From NCBI GenBank assembly GCA_905178155.1, contig CAJINV010000007.1:1000627-1064626 (forward strand): DNA of 64,000 bases, read 5' to 3'. A model generated the notes under the pieces. That model searched no databases, had not been told where the DNA came from, and saw nothing but the letters and a program-made list of their open reading frames with translations. This stretch comes from Amoebophrya sp. A120. Lineage: Eukaryota > Protista > Dinoflagellata. Shown in pieces: positions 61,450 to 64,000 of the stretch. The stretch's first letter is position 1. Each line of letters starts with the position of its first letter. A program made the translations under genes and the position numbers.

Positions 61450-63761
61450 GGTCGGAAAAGGTCGTGGGGAAGAAGATGTTGATGCACTCAGGTGAGCACG
61501 CGGAAACTTGTCCACGCGGCGTGCTGGTTGTAATCAAAATAACAGGGGCTGCACGTCGAGGACCAGAGACCACCTCCACCGCAAGCGAAGCACTCACATC
61601 TTACTTTATCTACCAGCTGCTAATAACAGCTGCATCCTGCGAGTGCAGCTCTCTCGAAATTTCAGAGACTTCAATTTTCATCAGTGAAGCTAGAAGTGCT
61701 AGCGCTAGGACTACTGGGTCGTCGTGATTTTTACCACAGTTTCGTCCTCGTCGCTCTCCTGTCTCTCTATTTTTCACCTGGGACCACCACACTCCTGCCT
61801 CCAAGCTTCTGGGGAAATAAGAGAACGTGCACGTGCTGTTGATATTACAGTGAGCACCAGCTGCACCGCTTGAGCTTCCTGACGCAGTAATATACAAGAG
61901 CGCTCAAACCTGAAAAACCCCACTCCAGCTGGTCAACAGTTGTATCTATCAGTAAGGACGACGTGGTGATAAAGTGTGAACACCTCCATGGGTACTTACT
62001 AGTACATCAGCAGCGGCGGGCCGACCACGCGCTCCTTGTTCTGTTCGTCTTCCACTGTGTCGCCTGATGCGATCCTAAACTTTTGTACACATTCATTTTG
62101 TAGATCTATAATCCTCCTGACCTCCCCGTCGACAATGATGTTGATGGCTGGCTACAAGCTTCTAGTAGAGCTGTTGCAACAAGAACTCGGCCCCAGTAGT
62201 AGCAGCAGCAGCGTCCTCGCTGTTTGTCTAGAGTTGTCGACGTCTTTTTATTTCCTCATCACCGACCGCTCCTCCATGCGCGCCCCTGAAGTGGTCCTGC
62301 ATTTCTTTGGGGAGGTGACGATGAGAGCAGGCCAGTACACCTTCTAGCACTTTATTTTCGAAGTGGCTGTAGCTCGTCTCCCGCTTCTTCTAGTGGTTCT
62401 CGTGCTACTGCTAGGGGTGTGGTCTTTTTCACTTCACAACTTGCCTATCTCTACCCTCCGAAAGAGACAGAGTGTAGTTGACACAAGGTAAAAAACTTTT
62501 GAAAGTGTAACTTCGACAAGATATTGTAAAGGGGTCTTCAACAAATCTAAACAAACAAATAAGATCTCCTGCCCATGAAACCTCCCCGCCTCTTGTTCGG
62601 GAGATCACGCTATGCAGACTTTGATGCTTCTACTTCGCCGTAGTCAACTTCCAGGCGCTCCTGCCTCTTCTGACTCACTACATCAACCTTGCCTAAATTA
62701 TTTACACTTCTACCAATTTGCTATAATAAAACTACCTATATCGAAGATTTATCAATGAGAATTTTCACCATCTTCAGCTCTGTACCCGGGTCGCATCACA
62801 AATTTTAGCGGCATTGGGCGAATGCCAAGCGATGGACACAGATAGCGAGAACTGAAGTGGAAAAAAATTATTCTTGGTTGCTATGCTATCGGTACTTTTG
62901 TTGATGTTTTTTCTTGTTTCCTTCACCTTCTACTTTCGAAAAAATCATATTCCGAAAAAATTGATTATGTCATCGTGGACGTCGACGCGACAAGGTGGCG
63001 CTCCTCGTGGTCTTCGTCCTATCTGACTAATAGGCTGTCTTGTGCTAGTTATTCTATTCTTGTGTGAAGGCCTCCATCATGAAGATCATAGGTTGCGGAC
63101 AGAGCCACGGTAGAGTTTTGTGTAGTAGAAGTCGTCTATTTGGCAGCAGGTTCATTGAGGTTTCATTTGTTTCAAAACAGTTGAGGCGAATGGTAAAGAA
63201 ATTTTGTAGTACGTCTAAATTTTCTATTCGTAATATTCCGAGCGGTATCCTAAGGTAACTGTATCTAACACTTCTCTAACTTCATTTCAATGCGGTATTA
63301 AGACGTAGGGCTCTAAGTGATGTGTCTGATGGGTAGTGAAGACTTTTATAATTTTCATAGTGGAGCGGTCAACAAAACTGTATATCACAAAACTGTTGTA
63401 ACGGCTACTTCATATTCATAGAAGTTGTAATTGTACTATTACGGCTTTTCTGAATACGTTGGCTGTGATGTTTATGGTCACGTATCTTCAGCTAACGTCG
63501 CCCTCGCGAGGGGCGAGCCAGCTTCTAAAGATCTTTTTCAATTTTTTCGAGATATGACATTCCGACTCTAGTTGTGGATTTCCGTTTGCTAAAATGATGC
63601 TAAGTAAAACTGTAGTTGCTAAACGTAAATAACATGGTTGCTCTTCCTCTTGTATTAGGTTCTTGTAAAAAGTAAGTAGAAGTATTCGTAATTACTCAAG
63701 CTTGCTGCATCAGTTCGTTGCTGCACGACCAGCACTTAATGCAAGATGAACACAAGTGTTC

Positions 63762-63975
63762 CTACTTGACGCTGTACTGAAACCCGAATTTTCGCTCGAA
63801 CATGCGGATTTCCCCGATCAGCTTCGCGTTTTCCCGACACAGCGCCAATTCCCGCTCCGGCTGCCATTTCAGGGCCTGCTCTGGGGTCCACGCGAGGGTA
63901 GTGTCTGGCTCGTATTCCGCTTTCAGGCAGCCGTCTTGGTTCAGCTCCAGCACCTCGATCTCTTGCTGTGGAGAG
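63762..63975 (-). CDS. Last exon of a hypothetical gene continuing beyond the window
   Basis: GC-rich, codon-like stretch EIEVLELNQDGCLKAEYEPD..FERKFGFQYSVK*. Confidence 0.5.
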
Positions 63976-64000
63976 GGTGTAATTCCCAAGTTGCATCACA

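Noticed and set aside
1-64000. Hundreds of 60-130 aa ORFs with recurring peptides such as MSGSG, CKSIVLV, YEYDTFA, FQTQT and HPHP
   Set aside because: They are translations of the repeated TIR sequences or antisense shadows of real exons, not a protein family.
1-64000. Dinoflagellate spliced-leader relics, rRNA, tRNA or snRNA genes, group I/II introns
   Set aside because: No match to the CCGTAGCCATTTTGGCTCAAG leader or to recognisable structural RNA motifs was seen by eye; a covariance-model scan would be needed to exclude them.

Overview
This is eukaryotic genomic DNA with about ten protein-coding genes: a PAN/apple-like repeat membrane protein, COX10, GST-zeta/MAAI, a DEAD-box helicase, V-ATPase subunit A, an SGNH hydrolase, LAMTOR3, a catalytically dead calpain and two large hypothetical proteins. 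The dominant feature is about 60 short (mostly 110-350 bp, up to about 470 bp) non-autonomous, MITE-like elements in at least 10 families. They sit almost only inside genes and share one architecture: [5-bp direct repeat] TAT(C/G)...terminal inverted repeat...(C/G)ATA [5-bp direct repeat]. Removing each element plus 5 nt rejoins conserved protein motifs exactly, usually with no possible GT-AG, GC-AG or AT-AC boundary, and this holds whichever way the element faces. They therefore behave as non-canonical, structure-defined introns (introners). All families, and the ordinary GT-AG introns too, carry repeated copies of TGTNATGC/GCATNACA, which is nearly absent from exons and intergenic DNA. This organisation resembles the invasive non-canonical introners reported for the syndinian dinoflagellate parasite Amoebophrya; the organism assignment is my inference. 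No transposase, rRNA, tRNA or CRISPR array was recognised. All gene models were spliced by eye and are not supported by transcript data.
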